Source: Callorhinchus milii
Lineage: Eukaryota
DNA length: 64,000 nt
NCBI RefSeq assembly: GCF_018977255.1
Contig: NW_024704743.1
Coordinates: forward strand, 75,890,001-75,954,000
Direction of reading: 5' to 3'
Shown: positions 1-13,169 of the stretch, one piece after another
How the letters are laid out: every line of letters begins with the position of its first letter
Numbering within the stretch: position 1 is the first letter of the stretch
Notes under the pieces: generated by a model
What the model was told of the DNA's origin: nothing
The model's input: only the letters and a program-made list of their open reading frames with translations
Database searches by the model: none
Position numbers and translations under genes: made by a program

Positions 1-89
1 CATATATTACACAGAATTTTCGAATCAGATTCTCAGAAAAGGGATTGTTAACTAGTTTACAGTGGGAATGTCATAATTAGTCATAATTA

Positions 90-577
90 GACTGTTTGTG
101 GGACATTGCTGTGCGCAATTGGCTGCCGCGTTCGCCCACAAATATACAGTCAATTCACTTTACAGTGTAATAATAATAATAATAATAATCCTTGGATTTG
201 ATATAGCGCTTTTCACGTCAGGAGGACGTCCCAAAGCGCTTCACAGAACACACTGTAAAGTGAATTGACTGTATATTTGTGGGCGAACGCGGCAGCCAAT
301 TGCGCACAGCAATGTCCCACAAACAGTCGTAGATTGAAAATGACCAATTTATTATTGTTTTGGGTTTTTGGAGGGATTATTATTAGGCGTGTGGAGTAAG
401 GAAACTTGCCCAAGGTTTCGCCCTCTGCCTGGAATTGAACTCAGGTCTCTCACTTGCAAAGCGAGTGCTCTAGCCACTGAGCTACAGGACTCCACGTGTA
501 TTCTGTGAAGCGCTTTGGGACGTCCTCCCGACGTGAAAAGCGCTATATCAAATGCAGGGATTATTATTATTATTATG
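90..577 (+). mobile_element. 5'-truncated SINE of the same family split by the 168-493 insertion (pieces ~90-167 and ~497-577)
   Basis: The two pieces join into continuous SINE consensus (...CACTTTACAGTGTA|TTCTGTGAAGCGCTTTGGGACG...). Confidence 0.85.
168..493 (-). mobile_element. Young full-length tRNA-derived Deu-domain SINE (short subfamily)
   Basis: Reverse complement: GGAGTCCTGTAGCTCAGTGG (A box)...GAGTTCAATTCC (B box), Deu-like TGTTTGTGGGACATTGCTGTGCGCAATTGGCTGCCGCGTT, L2-like hairpin tail, (ATT)n. Confidence 0.9.
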
Positions 578-635
578 ATGAAAACTCAATACTAAGATCC
601 CTGCCTTAATCAGATAAAGTTTAATTTGCAGTCTA

Positions 636-930
636 GAATAATGATAATCCTTACATTTGGTATAGCGCTTTTCACGTCGGGTGGAAACCTCAAAGCAATT
701 CACAGGAATTTCAGTACACTGTGAATTTTGTATGCAAACATGACAGCCAATTTTCATACAGAAATGTTACACAAACAGCCATCAATTTTATTTTGGCGTG
801 TTGGCCAGGAAACTGGAAAAAAACTTCTCTATTCTAATCGTCTCCTGGGATCTTTAACACTCAAATGAATAGGCAGATGGGACTTCAGTTTAATATCTCA
901 CCCGAAGGACAGCACCTCCAATAATGCATC
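636..930 (-). mobile_element. Older full-Deu-domain SINE (SacSINE1/AmnSINE1-like), partial
   Basis: Same tail plus GGGATCTTTAAC...GGCAGATGGGACTTCAGTTTAATATCTCACCCGAAGGACAGCACCTCC Deu body. Confidence 0.7.
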
Positions 931-953
931 TCAAATGAATTACAAATTTATAC

Positions 954-1331
954 AGTCCTGTAGCTTAGTGGTTAGAGCAATCGCCTTGCAAGTGAGAGAC
1001 CTGGGTTCGATTCCTGGCAGGGCCAAAAGTTGGGCAAGTTTCCTTACTCCACACATCTCTGTTTACCTCACAGTAAGTTGAAACCCGCTTGTTAGTTGTT
1101 TGCCGGATTGCTTTTCCAGGAGTAATAATTGTTTCAAAAAAACTAATAATGATAATAATTTGGTCACTCAATCCACGACTGTCTGTGGAACACTGCTGTG
1201 TGCGATTGGCTGCCTCGTTTCGCCCATAAAGTATACAGTCAATTCACTTTACAGTATATTCTGTGAAGCGCTTTGAGACGTCCCAAAGACTTGATAAGGC
1301 GCTATATCAATGCAAGGATTATCATTATTAT
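954..1331 (+). mobile_element. Full-length SINE, long subfamily (extra ~70-bp internal segment)
   Basis: tRNA-like head with B box GGTTCGATTCC, internal CTCTGTTTACC...GGATTG segment, Deu part, tail. Confidence 0.85.
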
Positions 1332-2382
1332 ATAGTGAAGGATACATGTGAGCAACTTAACTCAGCTGTTAGTTAGAAACTGGAACTGTAAAGTAAACTT
1401 TATTGTATCTTGCTATTCTTAAATAGCCCGAGATTTCACACTCCTGGGCCGCATTGTTTCATTTGTATCCATTTGTCACACAAGATCCAACAAAACAACA
1501 AAGGGAGAACTTGCACACGTTTCATTAAGGCAATGAGCATGCATGATTGATTCATGACATAAAAGATCTTTTATAAATTACGGGGAAAACGGGTCGAGCG
1601 TCTCTAATCTCTGTAAATGTCAAGTTAATGCCACTTGCAGAGGTGCCCAAAATCTCTCCCGAAGCACGACCATGTTATTAATTCTATATCTAGCATTTTG
1701 GTTTCTTTCATTAAAAAAAATACATTGGCTATACATTGTTCAAAACATATTTCAGAATGGAGAAACCCATCAATCATTTTAACTCACTTGTTTATTTAAG
1801 CTTTTTTTAATTGTCCTCTTGCAATGTTTTAATTCACTGATGGCCCCTGTAATATTCTGGCACATCATGTGGTTAACAGAGGAGAGAGAGCAGAAGCCTA
1901 ACACTCTCAAGGTCTTGAGTGCCAGCATTCTGTTAGTAATTGAACAAATGCCCAGAATTTAGCACAGATTTTTCACACTGCTTTAATTTATCAGTGATAT
2001 ACAGCCATGTATTTATCAAATATAGTTATAATTCTACTAACAATTTGAAATGCCAGTCTGAAATATTCACTTTGGAACATGTCTCAAATTGACTTGGAAT
2101 TGGGTGAGCAAGCTGTGGATCTGCACCCTCCAGTGGTCAATTCCTCCCACTGCAGCCATTGTATTGTAGTTTTCTTACTCCATACGCCTTATCCTTACAT
2201 TTGGTGCAGCCCCTTTCGCTTTGGGCGGATCTCACAAAGCTCCCACAGGATTTACTGTAAAGCGCAGTGACTGGGTTTTGTGGGCAAATGTGGCAGCCAA
2301 TTTGCACATAGCAATGTCCCACAAACAGCTATGAAGTCAGTGACCAATTTTATTCATTAATAATAATAATTCTTGCACATAA

Positions 2383-2755
2383 AAATAATCCTTGCAGTTG
2401 TTGAGAGTCTCAAAGCACTTCACAGAATATATTGTGGAGTGGATTGACTGTGTATCTTTCGGGTGCAATGCGGCAGCCAGTTGCGCATAGCAGTGTCCTA
2501 TAAACAGCCATGGAGTGAGTGATCAATTTTATTTTAGGGGATTGTTGGTCAGGACATCGGGAGAAACTCCCTTCTCTCTTGTAATAGTGCCATGGGATCT
2601 TAAATGTCCACCTGAACAGGCAGAAGGGACCTCAGTTTAATGTCTCATCTGAAGGATGACACCTCTGTCAATGCAACACACCCCCAGCACTGCATTGGAG
2701 TGTCAACTTAGATAATGTGATTTCAAATCCCGATGTGGGGAGCTAAAGACACTGA
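2383..2755 (-). mobile_element. Older full-Deu-domain SINE
   Basis: GTGCCATGGGATCTTAAATGTCCACCTGAACAGGCAGAAGGGACCTCAGTTTAATGTCTCATCTGAAGGATGACACCTC body shared with other copies. Confidence 0.75.
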
Positions 2756-3059
2756 AAGGTCATCTGACAATAGTGGGGCAAAGGAAGTGGAGTAAGTCCA
2801 GCAGGCCCAAGTTTGCAGTGCGTAGGGAGTAAGCAGGAGAAAGGGGCTGGTGGAAATAGGGAGTTGGATGGGGAAATGCCATGAGGGATTTGAAAATCAG
2901 AAAAGAAAGGAATGTGAAATCAATTCGCTGGAAGCTAATGAAGCTTGACAAACATAGGGATTATGCGCAAGTGAAGCCTCTTATGGGAGAGGAGAAGATG
3001 ACAGATTTCTGGATGAGCAAGAACCATCCCCCCATCACAGCATCCTTTGAGCTTTGAAT

Positions 3060-3260
3060 GTGACACCAAGTTGGGGAACTGTGGAATCAGAAGAGACGGC
3101 AAAAGTCTCACAACCAGAGCTTGACATTGTGTGCACGTGGGTTGATAAATGGCAAATGAAGTTCAATGCAGATAAGTGTGAAGCATCTATAGGAAGTAAG
3201 AATAGGAAGCACCATGGATTGGACAGAACTTGCCTAGCTGGAAGCTCAAAGATCTAGTGT
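3060..3260 (+). mobile_element. CR1 LINE ORF2 fragment
   Basis: ORF 3054-3257 contains WVDKWQMKFNADKC, the CR1 RT C-terminal motif. Confidence 0.75.
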
Positions 3261-5849
3261 TACTCACTGATTAACCGTTCACTCTAACAATAATCATTGC
3301 ATTTGATATAGCGCTTTTCACTATGTCAAAATAATGAGAGACAGCCAGAAGCCTCTCAAGACAATCTGTCGCCCTAGGCAAAATGTCAGTGTGCCACCCC
3401 CATTTCTACTCTCTTACAAAATCGATAGCTTTAGCAAGAGAGATGAATTTCCTTAAGACAGCGACAGGCCGCTGGCAACACTGACATGAGGCATTCACTG
3501 CAGCCCCAATCGAGCATTAAAAAAAACACTTCACCCAGAAATCTGCTGCCCTAAGAAGCCTGCCTACTGCCCTAAGCAACTACCTAGTTTTCCTCTAGCT
3601 AGCAGTCCCTGGAGGTAACAATTAACAAGGCAAACAGAAAGCTGGGTGATACGCAAATTAATTAAGTTTGGATCTCCAGAATTCATACTCAAATGAATAA
3701 TGTTCTTCTCAGGCCACATCTTCAGTCCCTCATACAGCTCTGGTCACTGCGACATAACAACAAGGAATTACATTTGTGTAGCACAGTTGAAGAGGAGAGT
3801 CTTAAGAAGATTCTTGAAGGAGCCAATGATGGGACAGGCAAGGTGGGGGATGCGAAGCAGGCCAGGGACATAAGGGGAAACTGCCCAGTTCCTAGATGAT
3901 CCCTCGTGTTAAGTCAATCAGTTATGAGCAACAACCCAGGGCTCTTCGGTCTTGAATGTCATCATGAAAGGGGACATTTCAGAGGATCTTTTAAAAAATG
4001 GGATTGAAAAAGGGAACCTAGAATAATGTATTTTGGATGCATCATCATGGCAGTAGATGATGCAGGTCACAGTTGCAAAGAGCAATTTCAGGACAGATGC
4101 CGGGAAGTTTCAGATGAAATGGCCAGAACCAATTTTGTGCCAAAAAGAGGCACATTTGCAAGAATCAATGTAGAATAATTTGCTGCATTTCTTTACAGGA
4201 TTCCTCAATAAGTACTCCCCAGTAGAATTCCCATCAACCACAGGGTGTTCTGCTCTGGAAGCGCTCAGGGAAGCTACCCCGCGTGAAGAGTGCTCTATAA
4301 ATGCAAGTTGTTCTTGTTGTCGAGTGGGACATTTTCATCTGTTTCATCCCTGCCACTTGCAGTAAAGAGACATTAACATGCAGGAGCATACATTTTATAC
4401 TGAGCAGAGCATTCCAATGCATGCATGCAAACACAGAACGCAGGATCAGTCAATACTACAAACTCACCACCAACATCCACAGAAGTAATTTCTTCAGCAT
4501 CTCACATTAAATCAGACTAATAGGAACAATGAAGTTAGCCTGCAATGTGCAGTGTTATCCTTCAGCACTCTTGCCTCAATCTGCCTTTACATCCTCCACC
4601 AGCCCCCTCTCCCACTACCCCCTTCACTTCACAAATTTGTGCCTGCTGCAAATTACACCCCTCCACACACAAATACCTTTGCACCTATCTTTCTGACCGT
4701 GCTTTTGGAAAGGAACTATTCGAGAAGAGAAGGGTGTTTTTACTGGAGTCCTGGCAAACAATCACCAAATAAAGTTGGTCATTCACTTCATGGCTGTTTG
4801 TGAGACATTCCAGCGCCTTGGGATGTCCTCCCAACATGAAAGGCACTCTATAAATGTAATTTTGTTGTTGTTGTTGCTGTGTGCAAATAGTTTGCTGCAT
4901 TTGTTTACAATTACCAGTCACTGCACTTTATAGAAAAATCCTGTGAAGAACTTTGAGATGCTTTGATGACTTGATAAGGTACTGTGTCAAATGCGACATC
5001 ATTAAAGATAAAAAAAATGTACTTTTAAAATTGCATTATTTATTTATAAATATACAAGAACCTGTATCTACACAAGTAATATATTCTGGCTCATTAATTG
5101 ATACAAAGCCAATATGAATCCATGAGGTTTAAAGGATCAATTTTTTCAACTTTCTTTTAAACCAATAGAAAGTGGAAGTCAAGTTTATTTGCATGAAATT
5201 GCACAGTGATGATATAATAGCTACATGCCTGGAATATCTCTGCACCAGTTTACAGAAGCAAATTGCAATATTATCAGGTCACTGACCCCTGTCAGCCCAA
5301 TTCGAAACATCCAACGCAACCTGGACAAATTAAGTCCATTCACTTAAATCTGAACCAAGGGCCTATTATCACCAGTTTTCCTTTTGTTCACAGTAGAAAT
5401 AATCTTATTGCCCAGCATATTATTTGCAGTAAATACCACAGCTGTCATTATCATCAGTTGCCACATGTTGCACACAACAGACTGCATTCTGTAGTGTAGA
5501 TAAGTGCAAACAGATGGGTCCAAATCTTGATACAGAAATTATCAAATATCAAGACCAATAGAGTTACTTATACACTGGAAAGATCCACTTTCATAGTTTG
5601 TTCACTTACAGATTTGATGCAAAGTATTCTGATTATTCTCAGTCTTAAAAATAATCTCAGCACCTTCCAACATTAAGTTATTTTTCAATATATACAAAAA
5701 TGACAGGCACAGAAGTAGAACAAACTTTGCAGTAAAAAACACACATTTCTGCTTGAAACCAAATTTCCATTTCTTATAAACAGGAAGCAAGGGAATTTCC
5801 ATCCCACTATGGTGGAGGAGACAGGAATTGGTTACCATCTTATTTAAGC

Positions 5850-6092
5850 ATCCTCTTTGACCGTGCCTTCAGCTCCCCTCTCAACTCTCTTCCTCCTCCT
5901 CGCTCCCTCCCTTCCCTCCCCTCACCCTGACCATTTCCCCCCTCCTCTCTCCCTCCCTTCCCTCCCCTCACCCTGACCATTTCCCCCCTGCTCGGGTCAT
6001 GACCCAACTGTGCAGCGCCTTGGGACGTCCTCCTGACGTGAAAGGCGCTCTATAAGTGGAATCTTGTTGTTGTTGTTGTTGTTGTTGTTGTT
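5850..6092 (+). mobile_element. L2 LINE 3' end with (TTG)n tail and internal 46-bp-period duplication
   Basis: CCTCTTTGACCGTGCCTTC ORF2 end, GCGCCTTGGGACGTCCTCCTGACGTGAAAGGCGC hairpin, (TTG)n. 5903-5943 is repeated at 5949-5989. Confidence 0.8.
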
Positions 6093-6952
6093 AAGCAAAC
6101 ATGCCCAGCCATTCTACAGTGCATTAGACCATCTTGCAGGAATTGTCAGAATAACCCACCTTTTGGGGCCTTTGATATAGTCAGGAATGAAAGAGCAAGA
6201 AGAGACATATATTGACCAAACTCTTTTCTTTCCCAGCACCCAAGAGCTGCCACGCACAGAGAAGAATGTTGGATACTGGAGCATATACTCTCTTTGAGCT
6301 GAAGAACTGTTTTGTTGGTACAAACAGCATTCTTATTCCTGTGCTTTGCTTGAATATTTTCCCCAATAAGACTTCTATAGTAATATCATATCAACAAATA
6401 ATCTCAACTATCTTGCAAAGAGACACTGGTTCAGGTCAAATTTCCATCTTTCAAAACAAACGCATAAAGAAATGCCACAAATTTCATGCACTATCTCTGT
6501 CTAATGTTGAATAATAGCTGATTCCACTAACCCTGCTCAAGCTCATCCTCTTCACAGGATTCCTGTTATTGACACAATGATAGGAACAATGGTTTAGCTT
6601 CTATACCACTTTAATAAATATTAAAGGGATATGGTTTGGGTTTTAAAAAAATTGACAAATCTTTTTCTCATTAATCACAGAAAACCTGCATCACGGATAT
6701 TAAAATATTTTCTTCTCCCACCCAAGGAATAAAAGGTTCATCAAATAATTTTGCTTGAAAGCAATGCTCCTTTAAGGACAGGAACAAGGGTGCACTCACA
6801 TTTTGACAGCAATCCTTTCTGACTGATGCCCATTAGCTTCAGTCAGTAACTAAAACTGGTGAGAGGAACCTGAAACAGATCTCTGTGATGTGTCTGTACT
6901 GGTGATAGGAAACAGCATGTCTTTCTGCACTCAGCCATATGGAATTCCCAAC

Positions 6953-7124
6953 CTGATAGCCGCCTTCTCCATAGCATCTGCACCATCCGCAGGGGGAAGC
7001 TCTTCTGCCAAGATTTCTTCAGGATTCTGTGGATCGATGACAATTCCTGCCTTTTCTTTGCCTTTTTCATTTTTCCCTTCAACTCCCATGCCGGTGTGCC
7101 ACAGCGAAGTCTGTGATTTTGAGC
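6953..7124 (-). CDS. PDE1C: PDE1C coding exon 3, (R)SKSQTSLWHTGMGVEGKNEKGKEKAGIVIDPQNPEEILAEELPPADGADAMEKAAI(R)
   Basis: Acceptor ctttAG at 7125-7126, donor AG|GTTGGG at 6952, 172 bp with no stop in the spliced frame. RSKSQ..LW and DP..PEEILA.ELP motifs match PDE1C. It ends in phase 2, just before the expected LRxLVKQ calmodulin-binding exon (not seen in the window). Confidence 0.9.
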
Positions 7125-7679
7125 CTAAAGTTCAGAGAGAAACAGGGTCAAGTTTAAGAAAGACAGAATTCGACCTCACAGGGCAGTGGTAAATAACCAG
7201 ATGAGTTCTCCAAGATCTGACACATACAAACTGAGCCCAATACCAGAATATCAGTATGTATAAGCTTGCAAACCTTCAAATGAGACATTAAATCAAGGTT
7301 CTGTCTGATCAGATGGATATTAAAGAACCTTTGACAGTAGTTGAAAGAGAAAGGAGTTTTTCCAGTATCCCAGTGAACAATCCCTCAAATAAAATTAGGT
7401 ATTCGCTTCATGGCTGTTTGTATGGCATTGTTGTATGTAGATTGTTCTTCCACATTTGCATACAAACACACAGTCGCTATTCTTTACAATATATCCTAGG
7501 AAGTACTTTGAGATGGCCTACAGGCATAAAACAAACGATATCAAATGCAAGGATGATTTAAGAAACTTATAGATGCATCAGATTGGCATCCTTGCAGAGT
7601 GGCGCGACACACATTGGTTACTGGCAGAATTCAGCATTCCCAAATCCTGTTGTGACTTAGCATTTTTTTAAACTAGAAT

Positions 7680-8085
7680 TAAATAGAATATACAGCACAG
7701 AAACAGGCCATTCGGCCCAACTGGTCTATGCCAACGTTTATACTCCACATGAGCCTCCTCCTGCTCTTCCTCAACTAAGCCTATCAGCATAACCTTCTAT
7801 TCCTTTCTCCCTCATCTACTTACCTAGCTTCCCCTTAAATGCATCTATGCTATTCGCCTCAACTACTCCTTGTGGTAGCAAGTTCCACATTCCCACCACT
7901 CTCTGGGTAAATAAGTTTCTTCTGACTTCCCTATTTGATTGGACTAATTTATATTTATGGCCCCTGGTTTTGGTCTCCCCCACAAATGGAAACATCTTCT
8001 CTATGTCTACCCTTTCATAATTTTAAAGATCTCTATTAGGTCACCTCTCACCCTTCTCTTTTCAAGGAAAAAGAGTCCAACTAAT
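7680..8085 (-). mobile_element. CR1 LINE 3' end
   Basis: ATAGAATATACAGCACAGAAACAGGCCATTCGGCCC tail; ORF2 end FTQRVVGMWNLLPQGVVEA in reverse complement. Confidence 0.8.
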
Positions 8086-9777
8086 TGTGGAGTCTATGAA
8101 GTTTGAGTCTTATCAAGGTCTCTTGTCTGCTCCAGTGGAGAAAACCCAAATTAACCTGCCTCTTTTCATATGTACATTGTATTGTTGGCTGCTGCGTTAC
8201 ACCCACAAAATACACAGTCAATTACTTTTTTCTGAGAAGCTTTTTGATACATCTCAACGAAGTAATAAAACGCTATATCAAATACAAGCATCATTATTAT
8301 TACTTGATAATATCCTGGTGAATCTGCACTCCACTCCCTCCATCACTGTGATATTCTTCCTGTAATGGGGAGCCCAACACTGAACACAATATTCCAACTG
8401 CAGCCTAACCAATCTCCTATACCAATCCTGCAGTCAGTCACACGTCTATGAACAAACAATTCCTTAATAATATAGAAGCTGACAGTCAAATCCTGAAACA
8501 TAACACAATAATATCCAGACAGAGACATTTTGATAAATAAAAGTTTAGATATGGTGATATTCTCTGGTGGGTGGTTAAACAGCTGTGTAAAGCAAGTTGT
8601 TTGTCTGTGCCCGCAGGTCTGTCTATTTTGTAGATTCTGCAGCCAATTCTCCACTCTGTATGCCAGAAGAGCATAAAAGCCTGCGCCCTTTAGCAAGTCG
8701 TATGGCAGCCGGCTTCAATGATGAGAATTATTTTGCACCAATTAGCTTTAACAAGGCAGTAAATTCTTATTGATAGTTTGGTCAGTTCCCTCCCCCATCC
8801 CAATATACTAAGCACAAAAGACAAACAGTATGGACTGCTGATGAATTAAGTTATTGTCACTTGGAGGACTTTGTCTCAAGCACCACCCCACCCCCACCAA
8901 CACCAGAAAGAAATGGAATGATTCAAAACAGTGGCGATGCCAAACGCTTAGACTGACTAATTCTGTCAGCAACATGTTTGCTGCACATATAATATATCTG
9001 TGCCAAAAACAAGTTTTCAATAAAATGTGAAGATAAAGGTGTGAAGTTTCTGTGCTTTTCTTTAATGCAACTGAATGCATGAACTGTTAACCTATTCTGT
9101 GCTTGTGTATGTGTGCATGTCTGATTAATTTTCTTATTGCCGTACTGCTTTGTGCATTGTGGGTTAAAACTGGGATGCACTTTGCAGTCCGTGTAATATT
9201 TTAACTAATGGTCAGATGTTTGGATTTCACTGTACAACCACTGACCCAGATTGGACCCAGGGTCTAAAATGAGACAGTTTCTGATAGGATTCCTGAATAA
9301 GTTCTCTTGAGTTTGGATAACTAGAGAGCATTCTTCTGATCCACTCCGACACAAACCATTTCATAGGTCCATTATACAAGTGGTGTAGACCATGTTTGTT
9401 AGGTGCCAATTGTAAAGAACTGTACAGAGAAATTGCAAGTGCACATCATATCAAGTGAGCAAGAGTTTGACCCATTGTTTTACCACCATCATCCCCCACA
9501 ACTCCCCACCCCTGAGTTCCAGAAGATGAAGTTTGAGAAGCAGAATCCGTATTGTTGCACTTTTAGTTCAGTATCCTACTAACTGGCATTTCAAGCGCGA
9601 AATCAACAAAACAGAACTCGAAAATCGCAGGTACAGCTTCTCTGACTTAAACATTGAGAACAATGACTGGGTTAGTGGGATGAATGGTACAGAAATGTTT
9701 TTACAGTGTCGGAGGGAGGGGAAAATAAATTACACTGCAGAGAAACCTCTTGCTTATCTAGGTAATAGAAACTGCTT

Positions 9778-10140
9778 GATAATAATAATCCTTCCATTTC
9801 ATGTAGCGCCTTATCATGTCTTCGATATGTCTCAAAGCCCTTCATAGAATATGCTGTAAAGTGCATTGACTGTTTATTTTTTGGGCAAATCACAAGAGCC
9901 AATTTTGCACAGCAGAGTCCCACAAACATTTGTGGATTGAGTGATCAGATTTTTTTAAGGGATTATTACCCCCGGAAAACAACAACGACAACAAGATTAC
10001 ATTTGTATAGCGCCTTTCACGTCGGGAGGACGTCCCAAGGCGCTGGACGTGTACAGCATTTCACAGAAAAACGATCTGCCAATCAACTAACAACCCGGTT
10101 CTTACTTACTGCTCGGTAAACAGAGGTGTGTGGAGTAGGC
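9778..10140 (-). mobile_element. Long-subfamily SINE with a nested 85-bp L2 3' tail (9981-10065)
   Basis: SINE consensus is interrupted at GAAAAC...GAAAAAC by an (AAC)n-tailed L2 hairpin. Confidence 0.8.
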
Positions 10141-10344
10141 ATGATCAAAGGCACGATCAAAGAGTAAAGTCTTTAGGTGTGATTTGAAGACGGGCATAAA
10201 GAGGGCAAGACCTAGTGATTGAGGCTGGGCAACATTCAGTTTTCAAAATAAACATCTCAGAAGGGACCTTTTAGAAGTATAAAATATTTTAAATTTGATT
10301 GAGAAGGTAAACCCCAAAACAATAATTTTACATACAGCAGGGCA

Positions 10345-10990
10345 GCAGAACAAGAACAACAACAAAATTACATTTGTAAAGCGCCTTTCACGTCAGGAGG
10401 ATGTCCCAAGGTGCTGTACAGAAAAAATTACGGACCCGAGCTGGGGGTAGGGGTAGGTGGAGGGCAGGGGGAGGAAGTAGGGAGATCGAAAGGATGGTCG
10501 AAAAAGAGTGACTTGAGATGCGTCTTGAAGATGGCAAGGGAGGAGGTAAGATGGAGGGACTGCGGGATGGAGTTCCAGAGGCTGGTGGCAGAGTGGCGGA
10601 AGACCCGCCCGCCAATAATGGGGTGAGCAAGGCGGGGGACGTAAAGCCTTGCTCGCCCAAAGAAAGCACAGATCATAGAACCATACAGCATGGAAGAAGG
10701 CCATTCAGCCCATTGTGTCTGTGTTGGCTCTCTCCTGATAGCCATGCAAACTTGTCCTCCCCAAATGATGATCGACTTCTCTGGATTCAGAATAACAAAG
10801 GATAAATTCAGGACAGACACCAGTAAATATTTCTTTACCCAAAGGGTAATAAACAACTGCCACAGTGTACCTAGAAGGGTTTCTGAGGCCAGGATATTGG
10901 ATTTGTTTAAGAAAAAGCTTGACCTATAAAGGGAGGACAGAATGGTGTATATTCTAAAAAATATGATGAATTTCATCATCTAGACTGATC
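10345..10990. mobile_element. L2 3' end (minus, ~10345-10660), CR1 tail (minus, ~10672-10760) and CR1 ORF2 end (plus, ~10770-10990)
   Basis: GGRVFRHSATSLWNSIPQSLHLTSSLAIFKTHLKSLFF (L2 ORF2 C-terminus); KFRTDTSKYFFTQRVINNCHSVP (CR1). Confidence 0.8.
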
Positions 10991-11073
10991 TTCTGAAATC
11001 TTAACGTAGAGTACATAAGTCACAATTGTCAGCCCCTCAGTGTGTATGTAATCATGCCTCGTGATATTAAGTG

Positions 11074-11316
11074 TCCTGGGCAGGGCAAAATCTTTTAAGT
11101 TTCCTTACTCCATATGCCTCTGTTTACTTAGCAGTAAGTCGGAACTTGGTTGTTAGTCGATTGGCGGATTGATTTCAGGGGGTAATAATCCCACTCAATC
11201 CACGACTGTTTGTGGGACACTGTTGTGCACAATTGGCTGCCGCATTTCACCCACAAAATACACAGCGATGTGGCACTGTATTAAATGCAAGGATTATTAT
11301 CATCATCAGGATTATT
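11074..11316 (+). mobile_element. Long-subfamily SINE, partial
   Basis: GTTTCCTTACTCCATATGCCTCTGTTTACTTAGCAGTAAG...GGCGGATTG, Deu part, tail. Confidence 0.75.
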
Positions 11317-13169
11317 AAATGCCTTGGGAATGGCCTCGCCATTGGCAGTCAGTGATAGTACACAAGCAGTACCCAGAAAATGGAAACCATCCCACAAATA
11401 ACTGGGATATATTGAAAGCAACATACCTTAGAGTGAAATCTAAGAAATAATCCAATCTGACTATTCAGGTGACACAAATACGATGCTTGTGGTTTATTCT
11501 CTTCAGTCCATGAATCATCTGAAGTTCTCCAAATACAGTATTGCCTTGTGATTACCCATTATTGTCTACTTATCCCATTTATGCTGGATGGAAGTGTTGA
11601 GGGAGCAGTAAAACTCACTCAGTCACATGGCTATTGTTATTGCAGTGCTTAGTCACACACTCCCACACTGCAGTTAGGTGCACAGCAGGTCAATTCAAAT
11701 GAATGTGACCAACCAGCGTTAAAAGCAACAAAAACTCAGAAACAAAGGCAAATTGTTAAACTTTACCCAGAACTGGGAGTGTGGAACACAGAGTGTAAAC
11801 AATGAGTTTGTTATGCTATTACTGATAACCTTGGATTATTGTATTGTTACTCTCTGTCTATGGAATTTGACATTCATTGTAAGTCGGTGTCACCAGAAAA
11901 GAGAAACTGGTCAAGGACACCTTCAGAAAATTTCTTATGAAAGAGGAAGGTCTAACAGCTCTTCACAAAAATCAGACACGTTCAAAGAAGCTAGCTTTAG
12001 ATTCTGCCTCCTCTTCTTCCATTGATCGCATTTAACTCTTCACATCCAATAATTACAGGCTCCCTGAACTATCTGAATTGAAATTCTATTAAAACACAAA
12101 ACAAGGGCCAACGTCCTGGATTTTCTTTACTGACAATCAGCCCTCTGACTATGTGAAGCCATCCGAACAGGGAGATGTCAGAAGCCTGAAGCAGTTCTTC
12201 ATTCCCAAGATGGTGCTAAATGTACAGGAACAAATATATAGACATTCCTTAAAGAGCGCCTTCTGCGAATCAAGACAAGCATCACGTTGAGGAACATGGC
12301 AATTTTTATGGCATAGACCTTCTTTTGGTCATTTAGCCAATCATGTATGCCACTGCTACCTGTTTTGCTTTTTGTTAAAAAAAATCCAACTTTCCAGCTC
12401 TTTCCCAATATCCCTTAATCTTATAACTGCTCTGGGGATGATCCTGATGTGTTACAGAGAGAGTCTTATATCAGCCCCTCCTAAAAATATCTATAATATC
12501 AGTGCCTGTACCAAAAAATAATTATAACGAGAGCGGTTTAGCCACCAAACTAGACATCATTTGTAGAAATAAATATTACAAAAAAAAGGATAAAGGAGAA
12601 TTATAGAGATTGGAGATAAAAAGCCTGGTAATAAGTATCTGAAAAGATCAGTAAGCAACAACTTTACAATCATATAGCACCTTTCACCTTGGAGGATGCC
12701 TTTAAGTGCTTCACCGAGCTGACTGGCAGCCTGAATGGTGGAGGTGGAGTGGGGGGCTGAGGCAGTTGGGGGTGGGAAAAATGGCTGAAAGCAAGGTCAA
12801 AGAGGTCTTAAGTGGGTTTGAAAGCTGAGATGGAGGGAATGAATAAGAGGAAATTTAGAGGTACAACTTTTCATCAAAACCCTGTCAACCAAAGCCTCTT
12901 TTTCTCTTTAGATATTAGTTTGCCAGGGAACTTATTGGAGACTTAATATAGAAACTAGACAGATTCCTAAATATGCTTGTAACCTAATTATGGTAATGTT
13001 CCTGTATGGAATGATATTCACATTCTCTCTGGAGGGATGTACCAGATCATGATGTGTGCCCTGGGACCAAATTCCATAGAGTATGAAGTGTGCCCTGGGA
13101 TGTCTTTCCAGCGTGAAGAGCGCTACACAAGTGTAATTTGTTGTTGTGTTAAGCCTGTACAATTTATTA

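Noticed and set aside
213..413. Repeated small ORFs (MGKFP...HCCAQLAAAFAHKYTVNSLYS) at 213, 14130 and 60349
   Set aside because: Chance translations of SINE copies.
6843..7192. ORF-track ORFs 6843-7082 (-) and 6890-7192 (+)
   Set aside because: Off-frame and antisense shadows of PDE1C exon 3.
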